From Planctomycetota bacterium (GTDB taxonomy: Bacteria; Planctomycetota; JAJSAM01; JAJVHW01): a stretch of DNA of 64,000 nucleotides. Below the pieces are notes generated by a model, which was not told the origin of the DNA, ran no database searches, and saw nothing but the letters and a program-made list of their open reading frames with translations. The translations under genes were made by a program, and so were the position numbers. This document shows, in pieces, positions 52,066 through 62,522 of the stretch (position 1 is the first letter of the stretch; every line of letters begins with the position of its first letter). The stretch is from the NCBI GenBank assembly GCA_965248445.1, contig CBDFJG010000003.1, positions 160,001 through 224,000 on the forward strand. Direction: 5' to 3'.

Positions 52066-52579
52066 TCGCCACGATCTCTAGCCGGCATGGCCCCTAGGAA
52101 GCGCGTTGAACGGTCACGCGCTCTTGTCGCACCCCCCCGAGCAGCCTCGGGCTAACGCCCGTACTCGGCCCCCGTCCCGGGCCCATGTTTGTTTCCAAAC
52201 AGACCACAACGAGAGGGTGCTGCCGCGGAGTAGCACCACGCGTGCCGTGGCGGAGGGCGTGCGGTCGAATCTCCCCAAACCTCTACACATCAAGACGTTG
52301 TGACCGTATTGAGGCTCACGAGCAGGGCGCCGCGCTGTCGATCCGCTGCGACGCTGGAAGTGCGGCTGTCCCGCCTCCGCCTCAACGCAGTGCGCTCTGC
52401 ACGGACGGCAGCGCCAGAGTGGTGAATTCCCGCAACGTGGTTTCGGCCCCGTCCTGCTCCCGCTCGGTGGTCGCGGGAACGGTCCGACGGACCAGCGCCG
52501 ATCGCCGCGCAGCGGCACAAGGAGCGTCCTGCGGACGGTCCGGGACGAGAGCCACCCCCGCCCCATCAGTCGCTGCATG

Positions 52580-54370
52580 TCAGAACGCGAAGAACCGGGG
52601 CAACAGAAAGACCGCGAGCACCAGATGCAGAATCTGCAGCGGCAGCCCCACCCTCACGAAGTCGGAGAACCGATACCCACCAGGACCGAGGACGAGCAGA
52701 TTGGTCTGGTAGCCCATCGGCGTCGCCAGCGCGAGCGACGCGGCGTACACGACGGCCATCACGAACGGGCGCGACGACACGTCGAGGGCGCTCGCGCTCT
52801 CGAGTGCGACCGGCAGCATCAGCGCCGCTGCCGCAAGGTTGCTGATCAGACAGGTCAGGACGTTCGTGAGCACCCACACCGCGGCCATCGCGGCGACGGC
52901 CTTCGCCGTCTCCGGCGCCATGCGCGTGACGCCGCCGATCAGATCGTCCGCGATCTCCTTGGCAACACCCGTCTTCTCCATGGCGACGCCGAGCGAGATG
53001 GTCCCGGCCATGACGACGAGCGTCGTCAGATCCAGCGATCTGTACGCCCGCCGCGTGGTGAGGCAGCGCGTGGCGATCAGCAGCGCCACTCCCGCGACCG
53101 CCAGGAACGAGATCGGAACGACGTTCAGCGCGCCGAGCACGATGATCGCGAGGATGACTGCGAGCACCAACGGGGCACGGCGACGCAGTGGCGCCGGTTC
53201 GCCAGTGCCCTCGACGAGCACGAAGTCATCCGAGTGCCGCAGGCGGCCGATGCCGTTGAGTTCGGTCTGGACGAGCAGCGTGTCGCCGTGTTCGAGAAGC
53301 AGATCGGCGATGCCGTGGCGCAGATGCGATCCGCGACGCTGCACGGCCATCACCGCCGCACCGCGCAACGCGCGCTCCGAGGCCGTCCGCACCTTGCGCC
53401 CCACCAGCGGCGAGTGCTTGGTGATGACCAGTTCCGCCAGCGTCACCGAGCGGCGGCGCATGTCCTCCGGCCTCAGTTCAGGGAGCACGACGTGCCCCGC
53501 ATCCTGCACCGCCGCGACACTCTCCGCCCGCCCGCGCACCAGGATGAGATCGTCCGCTTCGAGCAGCAGGTCCGGCGCACTCGGCCAGAGGATCTCGCGG
53601 CCGCGCACGACCTCGATCACGAGGAGGTCGGGATGCGGTCCTGCGAACGCGGCCTCGATGGTCTGTCCGATCAGCGGCGACCCCTCCGACGCGCGGACCT
53701 CGGTCACGTACTCCGCCGGCGTACCCGCGAGCAGGCCGGCAACCGTGCGGCGCGTGGGCAGGAGCATCGGTCCGACGAGCAGGAGGTACACCATTCCCGA
53801 CGCCACGAGCACCAGTCCGAACGGCAGCGGCTCGAAGAAGCCGATCGCCTCGCCGGGGCCCAGCCGCCGTTCGACTTCTCCTGACACGAGCAGTGTGGTG
53901 GACGTCCCGATCAGCGTGCACGAGCCTCCGAGGATCGCCGCGTACGAGAGGGGCAGCAGAAGCCGTGATGGCGCGGTCTTCACGTCGGCGGCCAGCGCCA
54001 GCACGATCGGGATGAACACCGCCACGGTGGGCGTGTTGTTCACGAACGCGGAGGGCACGGCGACGAGCAGGACGACGGCAGCGAGCGCGCTGCGTTCCCG
54101 GCCCGCCGCCATCTTGCGGATCGCGCGGCCGATTCCATCCACGACGCCGCAATCGACGATGGCGCGGGACAGCACGAACATCGCGGCCACGGTCAGGACC
54201 GCAGCGTTCCCGAAGCCCGAGAACGCCTCGGACGGATCGAGGATCCCGAGCACGCCGAGCGCCACCGGGATGAGCACGGCGACGATGTCGATGTCGATCC
54301 ACTCCGTCAGGAAGAGGACCAGCGCCAGCCCCAGGACCACCAGGGTCCCCACCTGCGGGTCGATCGCCAT
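52580..54370 (-). CDS. SLC13-family permease with two TrkA-C domains
   Basis: SAFVNNTP, GGSCTLIGTSTT, TPMGYQTN, GGYRFSDF.RVG. Confidence 0.92.
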   Translation of the reverse strand: MAIDPQVGTLVVLGLALVLFLTEWIDIDIVAVLIPVALGVLGILDPSEAFSGFGNAAVLTVAAMFVLSRAIVDCGVVDGIGRAIRKMAAGRERSALAAVVLLVAVPSAFVNNTPTVAVFIPIVLALAADVKTAPSRLLLPLSYAAILGGSCTLIGTSTTLLVSGEVERRLGPGEAIGFFEPLPFGLVLVASGMVYLLLVGPMLLPTRRTVAGLLAGTPAEYVTEVRASEGSPLIGQTIEAAFAGPHPDLLVIEVVRGREILWPSAPDLLLEADDLILVRGRAESVAAVQDAGHVVLPELRPEDMRRRSVTLAELVITKHSPLVGRKVRTASERALRGAAVMAVQRRGSHLRHGIADLLLEHGDTLLVQTELNGIGRLRHSDDFVLVEGTGEPAPLRRRAPLVLAVILAIIVLGALNVVPISFLAVAGVALLIATRCLTTRRAYRSLDLTTLVVMAGTISLGVAMEKTGVAKEIADDLIGGVTRMAPETAKAVAAMAAVWVLTNVLTCLISNLAAAALMLPVALESASALDVSSRPFVMAVVYAASLALATPMGYQTNLLVLGPGGYRFSDFVRVGLPLQILHLVLAVFLLPRFFAF

Positions 54371-54480
54371 AGGGTGGCAGGATACGGCGAGCGCCCGGCT
54401 CGGCGTTCTTCCGAGTTCCGGCCCTGACTGACGTACCGTCTCACCTCCGGAAACTGCCCATTCGGAGGAGCCCCGTGACC

Positions 54481-54888
54481 ATGACTTCGAACAGCGCCGG
54501 CTACGCCGAGCGCATCCTGGAGCAACTGCTGCGCCTGCGGGCGCTGGATGCCGTGAAGTTCGAGGAGTCAGGCGATCCCGAGGGCCTCCATCGTCATCGG
54601 TTCCGCTCCGGCGGATGGCAGTGCGAGATCGACGTCGACATGACGGTGCTGGAACTGCGTGCGTATCAGGGGAACGACGTCGTCGCGACTGCGCGCATAC
54701 CCGAGAACATCGCGAACATGCTGATCGGGAAGAAGCCGGTGCCGCGGGAGGTCGCCACAGGCGCGTCGGCGTCCGAGGCGTGCGCAGCGCTGCGTGCGGT
54801 CATCGGCGACTGGCGCAGCAAGAACGCGCGCGTGCGCATCAGCTCCCCGAACGTCGCCCGCCACCCCGACGGCTGGAACAACTCGTAG
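54481..54888 (+). CDS. Hypothetical protein
   Basis: RBS GGAGGAG; plausible codon usage. Confidence 0.6.
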   Translation: MTSNSAGYAERILEQLLRLRALDAVKFEESGDPEGLHRHRFRSGGWQCEIDVDMTVLELRAYQGNDVVATARIPENIANMLIGKKPVPREVATGASASEACAALRAVIGDWRSKNARVRISSPNVARHPDGWNNS

Positions 54889-54901
54889 CGAGCATCGACC
54901 C

Positions 54902-55645
54902 GTGTCCGACCTCTCGTTCGATTCCCTACGCGATCTGCTGCGCTCGCGTCCCAACGGGCTGACGTTCGCAGACCTGCCAGGCACGGTTCTCGAAGACCTG
55001 GCGCTGGGGTGGTCCGGCGGCCGGCGACTGGCGGAAGTGGCCGCGCAGCTTGCGACGCGAATCGACGGAATCCCGTCGTCCGGCCGTGACAGCGAGATCG
55101 CTGGACGCGCTCTGCTGACGCTTCTCGCGCGGCGGGGCGCGCCGATCGCCGTCCGCACCGAAGGCGATCACGTTCGCCTCCTCGGCAGCCCCGAGGACGA
55201 CGAGGGCGATCCGGAGGGCGCTGCCGCGTTCCAAGCGCGCGAGGCGGAGTACGCGTCACTCGCGGCGATGGACAGCGCGTACGCGGTCGGCGAGTACGTC
55301 GCGGACGTGCGAGGCGCGTTCGACGCAGCGCGCACGGGGATGCCCGCAGCGTTGCCGCCGGACCGCGTAGCCGGGGGCCACCGTCTGGCGCTGCTGCACA
55401 CGGGGCTGCCCGCCGGACTGCGCACCTGGTTCCACGACCGCTACGACGAGCAACGCGCAGACTCGCTGGCCTGGAAGTTCGTGCTGGTCGGACGCGGCAT
55501 CGCCCGTCACCGCGATGGCATGCTCGAGACCGGCGTCCTGCGCGCCCTCGGCGACCCCGATCCGGCCGTGCCCGAGGAGCTCGTACGTGCGCTCCTCGCG
55601 CTCGATCTCGGCGAACTCGCGCGCACGGCGATCCTCGAGCCGTGA
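54902..55645 (+). CDS. Hypothetical protein
   Basis: Follows the previous ORF by 13 bp; start approximate. Confidence 0.6.
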   Translation: MSDLSFDSLRDLLRSRPNGLTFADLPGTVLEDLALGWSGGRRLAEVAAQLATRIDGIPSSGRDSEIAGRALLTLLARRGAPIAVRTEGDHVRLLGSPEDDEGDPEGAAAFQAREAEYASLAAMDSAYAVGEYVADVRGAFDAARTGMPAALPPDRVAGGHRLALLHTGLPAGLRTWFHDRYDEQRADSLAWKFVLVGRGIARHRDGMLETGVLRALGDPDPAVPEELVRALLALDLGELARTAILEP

Positions 55646-55733
55646 GGTGGGCGCCCCGTAAGAGGGGGCCGCGCCGAACGCCCGCCGCCCGTGTCAGCGG
55701 ACTCGGGAGCCGGAGCCGTGAACAACGCCGCCG

Positions 55734-57233
55734 GTAACCGTTCACCCCTTGACAGCGTGTGAGCCTCAGCGTGCGACGGGCATCGGGACCATGACGGGCG
55801 GGTCGGCGCCGGTGAGGTGCGCGGCGACCGAGTCGGCGAGGAAGTCGAAGACTTGGTCGCCACGGCGTCGCAGCGTGGCCGCGGCGGTCAACACGCGCTC
55901 GGCGAAGCGGAGTCCGCGAGCGGACTGGCTTCCGAAGGAGCCCTTGCGCCAGAGCACCGCTTTGCGGACCGCGCGCTCGGCGGCGTTGTTCGTCGGACTC
56001 ACGTCCTGGGTCCGCGCATAGGTGAAGAGGGCGACCACGCGGGGGCGCAGATGGTTGGCCAGAGCCGAGTCGTCGTTCGCGATCAGTCGCTCGAGCCGTC
56101 CGCGCAGCACAGCGGCTTCGCCTTGCAGCCGGTCACGGTCGCCGTGCTCACCGAAGAGCCGGTAGCTGCGCATGACCGACTGCGCGATCATGACGCCCTT
56201 GTTGCCGAAGCGGCGATGTCCTCGCGGGCCTTCGGCCAGCGCACGGAAGGCGCGCTCGATGTGCGCCCAGCAGAGCTGGCGGCGGGCAAGTGGGTGTGAC
56301 TCGTAGGCACCCATCCGGTCGCTGATCACCGTGCCACCGAAGCGCCGCCCGATCAGCCGCCCTTTCGCCTTGGCACTGCGGCGGCGATCGATCCCGAAGG
56401 CTGTGGCGTGCTCGCTCTCCGCCGCCCACAGCCAGCACACCCGGCCCCGTTCCTTCCACGACGTCTCGTCCACGTTGGCTCGCAGCGACGTGCGGACTGC
56501 CCCGAGGGCTTCGAGGTACGACGAGTGCAGAGAGTCACTGAGCCGACGCTCACAGTCGCTGATCTTGCCCAGCGACATCTTCACACCGAAAATCTCACCG
56601 AGCAGCCGCTGCGTCTCCCGCACGCTCACGCGGTACACGCCGCGCAGCGCGCCGGCAAGTGTGGTCAGCCGCGGACCGAAGGCCCCGGTCGGCACGCCAT
56701 CGGGCAGGACCGCCGTCGTGACCGCACGACAGCGCCGGCACCGCGCCTTGTGCAGCCGGTGCTCCCGCACCGTGACGAGCACGCGCGGGAGCACCGTCAC
56801 CTGGTGCCGGTACGGATCGCCGATGCCCTGCTCGAGATCGTCGTGTCCGCACGCGTCGCAGAGGTCGGGACGGTGGTCCTTGGTCTCATCGACGTTGGAC
56901 GGATCCACCAGCTCGCGCGCCGTGCCCTCATGGCCCGGCTGTCCGCCCTGCTGGCGACCGCTACGCGGCCTTCGGCCGCGACGGCGCTTGGACCACGCCG
57001 GGTCCGACGACGGAGGCCTCGAGCTGTTGCGGGAGTCACGCTTCAGACGCGACTCGAGCTCGTCGATGCGGCGCAGATGCTTCGCTTCGCGACGCTCCAG
57101 CTCCTCGATCCAGGCCAGAAGGCCCTCGACCATCGCCCGCAGATCCTCGTCCTGCCGCTCGCCCACAACATCTTGATCGACCGATGGCCGAACGATCTGG
57201 ATCCTGGCTCGCGACGAAGGGGTGAACGGTTAC
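55734..57233 (-). mobile_element. IS66-family insertion sequence, second full copy (1500 bp, inverted)
   Basis: Same 17-bp IRs; six substitutions seen versus copy 1; no TSD. Confidence 0.95.
55766..57166 (-). CDS. tnpC: IS66-family transposase
   Basis: Five aa differences from 2912-4312. Confidence 0.95.
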   Translation of the reverse strand: MGERQDEDLRAMVEGLLAWIEELERREAKHLRRIDELESRLKRDSRNSSRPPSSDPAWSKRRRGRRPRSGRQQGGQPGHEGTARELVDPSNVDETKDHRPDLCDACGHDDLEQGIGDPYRHQVTVLPRVLVTVREHRLHKARCRRCRAVTTAVLPDGVPTGAFGPRLTTLAGALRGVYRVSVRETQRLLGEIFGVKMSLGKISDCERRLSDSLHSSYLEALGAVRTSLRANVDETSWKERGRVCWLWAAESEHATAFGIDRRRSAKAKGRLIGRRFGGTVISDRMGAYESHPLARRQLCWAHIERAFRALAEGPRGHRRFGNKGVMIAQSVMRSYRLFGEHGDRDRLQGEAAVLRGRLERLIANDDSALANHLRPRVVALFTYARTQDVSPTNNAAERAVRKAVLWRKGSFGSQSARGLRFAERVLTAAATLRRRGDQVFDFLADSVAAHLTGADPPVMVPMPVAR

Positions 57234-58153
57234 AGGCGCGGCGGGGAGCACGCCGCGGCGGAGACCGCGGCAAGCGCGGCCGCGGCCGCCGGCTGCGCCG
57301 TGACGACTTCGGCCTGACCGAGCGCCGCGAGCTGACGGGCGACGAGATCTACGAGCTCGCCAGGATGATCGTCGGCGCCGAGATGCAGGCGATCACCTAC
57401 AACGAGTTCCTGCCCCTGCTGTTGGGTGATGGGGCTCTGCGTCCGTACGACGGGTACCGCGAAGACGCCGATCCGAGCATCACGAACTCGTTCGCCACCG
57501 CTGCGTACCGTGTCGGCCACACGATGCTCTCGCCGACGCTTCGCCGTGTGACGCGGTCGGGCAGCACGGTTGCCGAGGGCGATCTCTCGCTCGCGGACGC
57601 GTTCTTCGATCCGACGGTGATCGCGGAGGGCGGTATCGAGTCGCTCCTGCGCGGTCTCGTCTCGCAGCGGGCGCAGGAGATCGACACGCGCATCGTGGAC
57701 GAGGTCCGCAACCTGCTCTTCGGCGCTCCCGGCGCAGGCGGGCTGGATCTCGCCGCGCTGAACATCCAGCGGGGCCGCGATCACGGGCTGCCGTCCTACG
57801 CGCAGTCTCGGGCCGAACTCGGACTGCCCGCGGTGACCGCCTTCGATCAGATCTCGTCGGACGCGGAGGTCACAGATGGGCTCGCGTCCGTCTACGAGCG
57901 CGTCGAGGATGTGGACCGGTGGGTCGGTGGCATCGCCGAGGACCACGTGCCCGGCGCCGTCGTCGGTGAGACGCTCCGCGCCCTCCTCGCCGAGCAGTTC
58001 GAGGACCTGCGGGACGGCGACCGCTTCTTCTACCTGGATCACTTGCCCGAGCACTGTGTCCGGCTGGTCGAACGCCAGACCCTCCGCCGCATCATGCGGC
58101 GGAACACGAGGATCGGAGGCGAGCTCACCCGAGATCCGTGGCACGCGCGCTGA
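57234..58153 (+). pseudogene. 3' remnant of an animal-type heme peroxidase, cut at the IS66 end
   Basis: ARMIVGAEMQAITYNEFLP, FATAAYRVGHTML, DLAALNIQRGRDHGLP, LRDGDRFFY; N-terminal half absent. Confidence 0.85.
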
Positions 58154-58312
58154 GAGGCGGGGCCCCACAGAGCGGGCCTCGCACAACCGCCCCGTCCGGA
58201 CCGGCCCAAAACGGCCGGGCGGGGCCACCGGCGCTGCGTCGTGGTCGCGCGGGGGACTCGGAGAGGCTCCTGGCTCAAGATTCCCGTAAGACGTACCGTC
58301 GAAGGTCCGCGC

Positions 58313-59644
58313 GTGGGCACTGCTACTCCCCGACCTCGTCTTCTCCCCCTGTTGCTGCTCGTGGCAGCGGGTTCGCTCGTCTCGCCGTCGCGCGCGGACG
58401 ACGCGGGTGACGCCGTGCAGGCCGTCATCGACGCTCTGCGGGAGGGAGACGTGGCCGCGGCAGTCACCGGGCTCTCGACGGCGACGGAGACGGTCGATCT
58501 CACCTCGCGCACGGACCTGCTGCACGTGCTCGCGGACCGCGCCTACCGGTTCGACCTGTCCCGTGCCGACGCGCCTCTGGAACAGCGCCGCGACCTTGCC
58601 GCGAAGCTCGTCGGGCTGGCGGAGACAGCCCATGCTGCTGATGGGACGGACGTGCGCGCGGCCTGGGCACTGGCCGCGTCGGTCGTCGTGAACGAGCGCC
58701 TGGCGTCGTCTTCCGATCCGGAGAACTGGCGCCGAGCGGCCGCTCTGCTGGTTTCCGCGCACGACGCGGAACCGGCTGACGGCGAGTCGCTCGGCTACGC
58801 CGTGACGTTCCTTATGGAGGGCGCCTGCACGGTCCTGGACGAGCGACACGCACTCACGAAAGAGGCGGACGCCGTTGCGCGCAACGCGTTGCGCGCACAT
58901 CCGGACGTCCCCGCGCTGGCGAACGCGATCGCAACGACCAAGACCTGGGCGGCGCGCACTCTCCTTACGTCGAACAGGAAGGCGGCGCGCACTGCGCTCA
59001 AGAGCGCTCTCGACACTCTGACTCCCTACGCACGCGACGCCGACAAGCGCGGCGTCGTCGCCTCGGCGTGGAACGAGGCGGTGACGACCGGCCGGGAGAA
59101 CGACTTCGGCATGCGCGCCTCCTACATCACGCGCCGCGCGACGGCGCTGGGGGAGCACGTTGCTCTCAACGTGCCACGGACGCCGCGCTGGGGGGTTTCC
59201 GACGGAGAGTACGACGACGGCGAAACGTTCACGTACGTCACGCACCTGGATCGTGCCGGCGACGTGCGCGCGCAACTGCTGTTTCGCCGCTACGACTTCG
59301 GGACGTCGTACCGGTTTGTCGGTCCGGTCGAGGTGAACGGCGACAACGCGAAGAAGATCGCCGCGGGCGTCACGGAGATGTCCGAGGCGAACCTGTTCGA
59401 GCCGGGAGCCAAGGCGTCGAAGCCTGGGAAGAAGAGCATCGGACGCGACTTCTCCGGTTACCGCGCCGAGATCGCCGGCCAGGAGCGTGGAGAGGACGGA
59501 CGCCCGTTGACGCTTCGCATCCTGTGCATGCGCGGCGGACGACAGGCCACGCTGACCGTGCTCGTGTATCTGTACGGAGAGGATCGCGAGACCGGGCCGG
59601 AGTTGCAGTCGGTGCTGGACAGCCTGTTCGAGCCCGAGGATTGA
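58313..59644 (+). CDS. Secreted hypothetical protein
   Basis: Signal peptide ending SRA; helical N-half and beta-rich C-half; start approximate. Confidence 0.7.
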   Translation: MGTATPRPRLLPLLLLVAAGSLVSPSRADDAGDAVQAVIDALREGDVAAAVTGLSTATETVDLTSRTDLLHVLADRAYRFDLSRADAPLEQRRDLAAKLVGLAETAHAADGTDVRAAWALAASVVVNERLASSSDPENWRRAAALLVSAHDAEPADGESLGYAVTFLMEGACTVLDERHALTKEADAVARNALRAHPDVPALANAIATTKTWAARTLLTSNRKAARTALKSALDTLTPYARDADKRGVVASAWNEAVTTGRENDFGMRASYITRRATALGEHVALNVPRTPRWGVSDGEYDDGETFTYVTHLDRAGDVRAQLLFRRYDFGTSYRFVGPVEVNGDNAKKIAAGVTEMSEANLFEPGAKASKPGKKSIGRDFSGYRAEIAGQERGEDGRPLTLRILCMRGGRQATLTVLVYLYGEDRETGPELQSVLDSLFEPED

Positions 59645-59645
59645 G

Positions 59646-60323
59646 ATGGCAAGCGATCGGATCCTGCTGGTCGAGGACGACGAGGCGCTCGGGCGGCAGG
59701 TCGTCGGTCACCTCGAGGAGAGCGGCTACGACGTCACGTGGCTCACCGACGGCGACCGCGCGCTCTGGGAAGACCCGGCCGACTACGCGCTGGTGATCCT
59801 CGATCTGATGCTCCCCGGTGCGTACGGACTGGACGTGCTGAAGCGACTGCGCCGCGACAGCGATCTGCCCGTGCTCATCCTGAGCGCGCGACAGGAGACG
59901 AGGGACAAGGTGCGCGCCCTCGACCTCGGCGCCGACGACTTCATCGCGAAGCCCTTCTGGCCGGAGGAGTTGATCGCCCGAGTGCGATCGCGATTGCGCA
60001 GACCGGTGCTCCAACGCGACGGGGTCTGTGAGGTGGGCCCGCTCCGCATCGACACCGAGGGACGCTCGGTGACGGTCACAGGCCGGAACGTCGAACTGAC
60101 GCGCGTCGAGTTCGAGCTGCTCCTGTCGCTCGCGCGCCGCCCCGGGGCGGCGGTGGAACGAGCTTGGCTGGCGGACAACGTGCTCGACCGGGACGGCGAG
60201 GGCGGTGAGCGCACGCTGGACGTTCACGTGTCTCGCCTGCGCAAGAAGCTCGGTGAGAGCGCCAAGCAGATCGCGACCGTGTGGGGCGTCGGCTACCGCC
60301 TGTTGCCGGACGTCCCCGCGTGA
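59646..60323 (+). CDS. OmpR-family response regulator
   Basis: LLVEDD, ILDLMLP, GADDFIAKPF, ERTLDVHVSRLRKK, TVWGVGY. Confidence 0.95.
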   Translation: MASDRILLVEDDEALGRQVVGHLEESGYDVTWLTDGDRALWEDPADYALVILDLMLPGAYGLDVLKRLRRDSDLPVLILSARQETRDKVRALDLGADDFIAKPFWPEELIARVRSRLRRPVLQRDGVCEVGPLRIDTEGRSVTVTGRNVELTRVEFELLLSLARRPGAAVERAWLADNVLDRDGEGGERTLDVHVSRLRKKLGESAKQIATVWGVGYRLLPDVPA

Positions 60324-61777
60324 GACTGCGCGCCCGCCTCGCGCTGTCGGTTCTCGCCGCTGCGCTGCCGCTCGCCGCGGCGTCGGTCTGGCTCCGCGCC
60401 GACTTGGAGCGTCGCAACGAAGAGGATGTGCTGCGCGAGTTCGCCGTCACACGGATGGAGACCGGCGGCCGCGAGGAGTGCGAGCGCGATCCGGCCCGTT
60501 ACCCGCCGCCGCGCAGACGCGGCGGTCGCGGAGGTCAGGGTGGGCGCCCCGGCGCGGCGCCGCCACCACCGCCGCCCGAGATCCCGCTGGTCCGCCGTCC
60601 GCGGCTCCGGGCGGGTCCGGAGGGAACGCGGTTCTGGACGTACAACGGTGACTTCACGTCCGCCAATCCGCGTTCGCCCGAGATCGCACCGGCACTCAGC
60701 GCGGCGCTGGGGCCGGAAGGCGATGTCGCCAGCCGTCGCGTGAAGCTGGGCGACCGGGAGGTGCGCGAGGCGCTCGTGCGCATGTCGTGGACGGGAACGC
60801 CGTGCGACTTCGTGCTGGTGCGGCGGGACAGTCCGCCGGACAGCCTGTTGTCGCATCTCCTGACCGGCGGCCTGATCGGTGGCGGCGTGCTCATCGCCGT
60901 GTTGCTCGCCATGGGTCCGGCCGTGCGCCGCATCCGCCGGTTGGAAGCGGGCGTGCGTGCATCCGCCGCCGACCGTTATCGCACGTCCGTAGAGGTCGAC
61001 GGCAAGGACGAGATCACCGACCTGGCGGCGGCGTTCAACGAAGCGGGAGAGCGCGTGAGGGCACACGTCGGTTCGATCGAGGAGCGCGAGGAAACCCTGC
61101 GGACGTTCGTCGCGAACACGACGCACGACCTGATGACGCCGCTGACCGTCCTGCAGGGGCACCTCGACCGGCTCGGCCGCGACGACAGCGGACAGGACCC
61201 GGAGGCCGAGTCCCGCGCGCGGCGCGACGCGATGCGCGAGGTTGACTACACGACGTCGCTCGTCTCGAACCTCTCGACCGCTGCCAAGCTCGAGGCGAAC
61301 ACGGGGTCGTTCTCCCACTCGGTCAATCTGGTCGACGTCGTCGAACGGGTTGCCGGTCGTTTCGGCCCTGTCGCGCGCGCGGCGGGAGTGGAGCTCAACC
61401 ACTCGGTTCCCGCAGAGGCGGTGTGGACACGCGGCGACGACACGCTCATCGAGCAGGCGGTCGGCAACGTCGTGCAAAACGGCATCCGCTACAACCGGGC
61501 GGGCGGGCACGTGGCGCTGCTGCTGCGCATGCACGACCCCGATCGGTTCTCGATCCTGGTCGTGGACGACGGTCCCGGGATCGCTGCCGACGAGTTGGTG
61601 CGCCTTACCGAGCGCGGGTACCGCGGGGACGAGGCGCGCACCCGCAACCCGCGCGGTCGGGGCCTCGGACTGGACATCGCGCGGGGCGTGGCCGGACGGC
61701 ACGGGTTCGATCTGCGCTTCGGACAGCCCGACGGCGGGGGCCTCGAGGTCACGTTCGAGGGCTCCCGGCGAGCCTGA
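60320..61777 (+). CDS. HAMP-domain sensor histidine kinase
   Basis: Two TMs, HAMP, HDLMTPL, NVVQNGIRY, DDGPGI, GLGL. Confidence 0.93.
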   Translation: MRLRARLALSVLAAALPLAAASVWLRADLERRNEEDVLREFAVTRMETGGREECERDPARYPPPRRRGGRGGQGGRPGAAPPPPPPEIPLVRRPRLRAGPEGTRFWTYNGDFTSANPRSPEIAPALSAALGPEGDVASRRVKLGDREVREALVRMSWTGTPCDFVLVRRDSPPDSLLSHLLTGGLIGGGVLIAVLLAMGPAVRRIRRLEAGVRASAADRYRTSVEVDGKDEITDLAAAFNEAGERVRAHVGSIEEREETLRTFVANTTHDLMTPLTVLQGHLDRLGRDDSGQDPEAESRARRDAMREVDYTTSLVSNLSTAAKLEANTGSFSHSVNLVDVVERVAGRFGPVARAAGVELNHSVPAEAVWTRGDDTLIEQAVGNVVQNGIRYNRAGGHVALLLRMHDPDRFSILVVDDGPGIAADELVRLTERGYRGDEARTRNPRGRGLGLDIARGVAGRHGFDLRFGQPDGGGLEVTFEGSRRA

Positions 61778-61900
61778 GGCGGCCCGTCACGAGCCTTTTT
61801 TCGAGGCTTCAGAAACCCTCAAGGGGCTTGGCCTAGTCTCCTCACATCGGTGCAGGAGCTCCCGGGGCGGGAGACCCGCCACCCACGGAGGAAGAACTCG

Positions 61901-62362
61901 ATGTCGCAGCGACTCACTCTCACTCTCCTCGGCTTGACGGCCCTGCTCGGCCTGGCGATCACGCCGGGCGTCGTGGACCGGACGGCCGAGGCCGCCATGG
62001 GCGGCCTCCAGCACCTTCCGCTGCTCGGCGCGGATGAGGCGACCGATCGACCTCCTCCGCCGCCGCCCCCTCCTCCGCCTCCGGGCTGCGAGGATCCTGG
62101 CGAGCGCCGGGACGCGGGTGGCGATGGTCCGGAGGGTGACCGTCCTCCGCCGGCTCGTCGCCGGCCCGGTGGCGAAGAGGGTGAGGGCGGTGACCGCGGT
62201 GCCGGCGGCGAAGGTGGCGAAGCCGGTTGCAACCGGCCCCCGCCTCCGCCTCCCGAAGGCGATCGTCGCGGACGCGGCCGACGTCGCGGCGGTGAGGGTG
62301 GCGAGGCCGGCCGTGATGGTGGCGGTGGCGAGCGCGGCGGCGACGGCGGCGGCCGCCGCTAG
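61901..62362 (+). CDS. Small secreted Pro/Gly/Arg/Glu-rich low-complexity protein
   Basis: RBS GGAGG, signal peptide, repeated RPPPPP...GDR...GGEGGE blocks. Confidence 0.7.
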   Translation: MSQRLTLTLLGLTALLGLAITPGVVDRTAEAAMGGLQHLPLLGADEATDRPPPPPPPPPPPGCEDPGERRDAGGDGPEGDRPPPARRRPGGEEGEGGDRGAGGEGGEAGCNRPPPPPPEGDRRGRGRRRGGEGGEAGRDGGGGERGGDGGGRR

Positions 62363-62405
62363 GCAGCCCTGTTGAAGCAGAGGGGCTTCCAGGTCGGGAC
62401 TGAAG

Positions 62406-62443
62406 ACAGCCCCTGCGTCCTCGGACGCGGGGGCTGTTTCGTT
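62406..62443 (+). terminator. Probable intrinsic terminator
   Basis: Stem ACAGCCCCTGCGTC / GACGCGGGGGCTGT followed by TTCGTT. Confidence 0.65.
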
Positions 62444-62522
62444 GCAGTGTGCGCCCCTCGTTCCCGTGCGGTGACGCTGCCCACGCACGAGTGGCGCGGC
62501 ACCGGATTTGTGTGGTCCGGGC

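Noticed and set aside
52415..52445. Cobalamin-riboswitch-like words (GGTGAATTCCCGCAAC)
   Set aside because: Other conserved elements are missing and no gene starts downstream on that strand
56408..58153. 581-aa peroxidase with a novel N-terminus
   Set aside because: The N-terminal part is the antisense of the IS66 transposase; only 57234 onward is peroxidase
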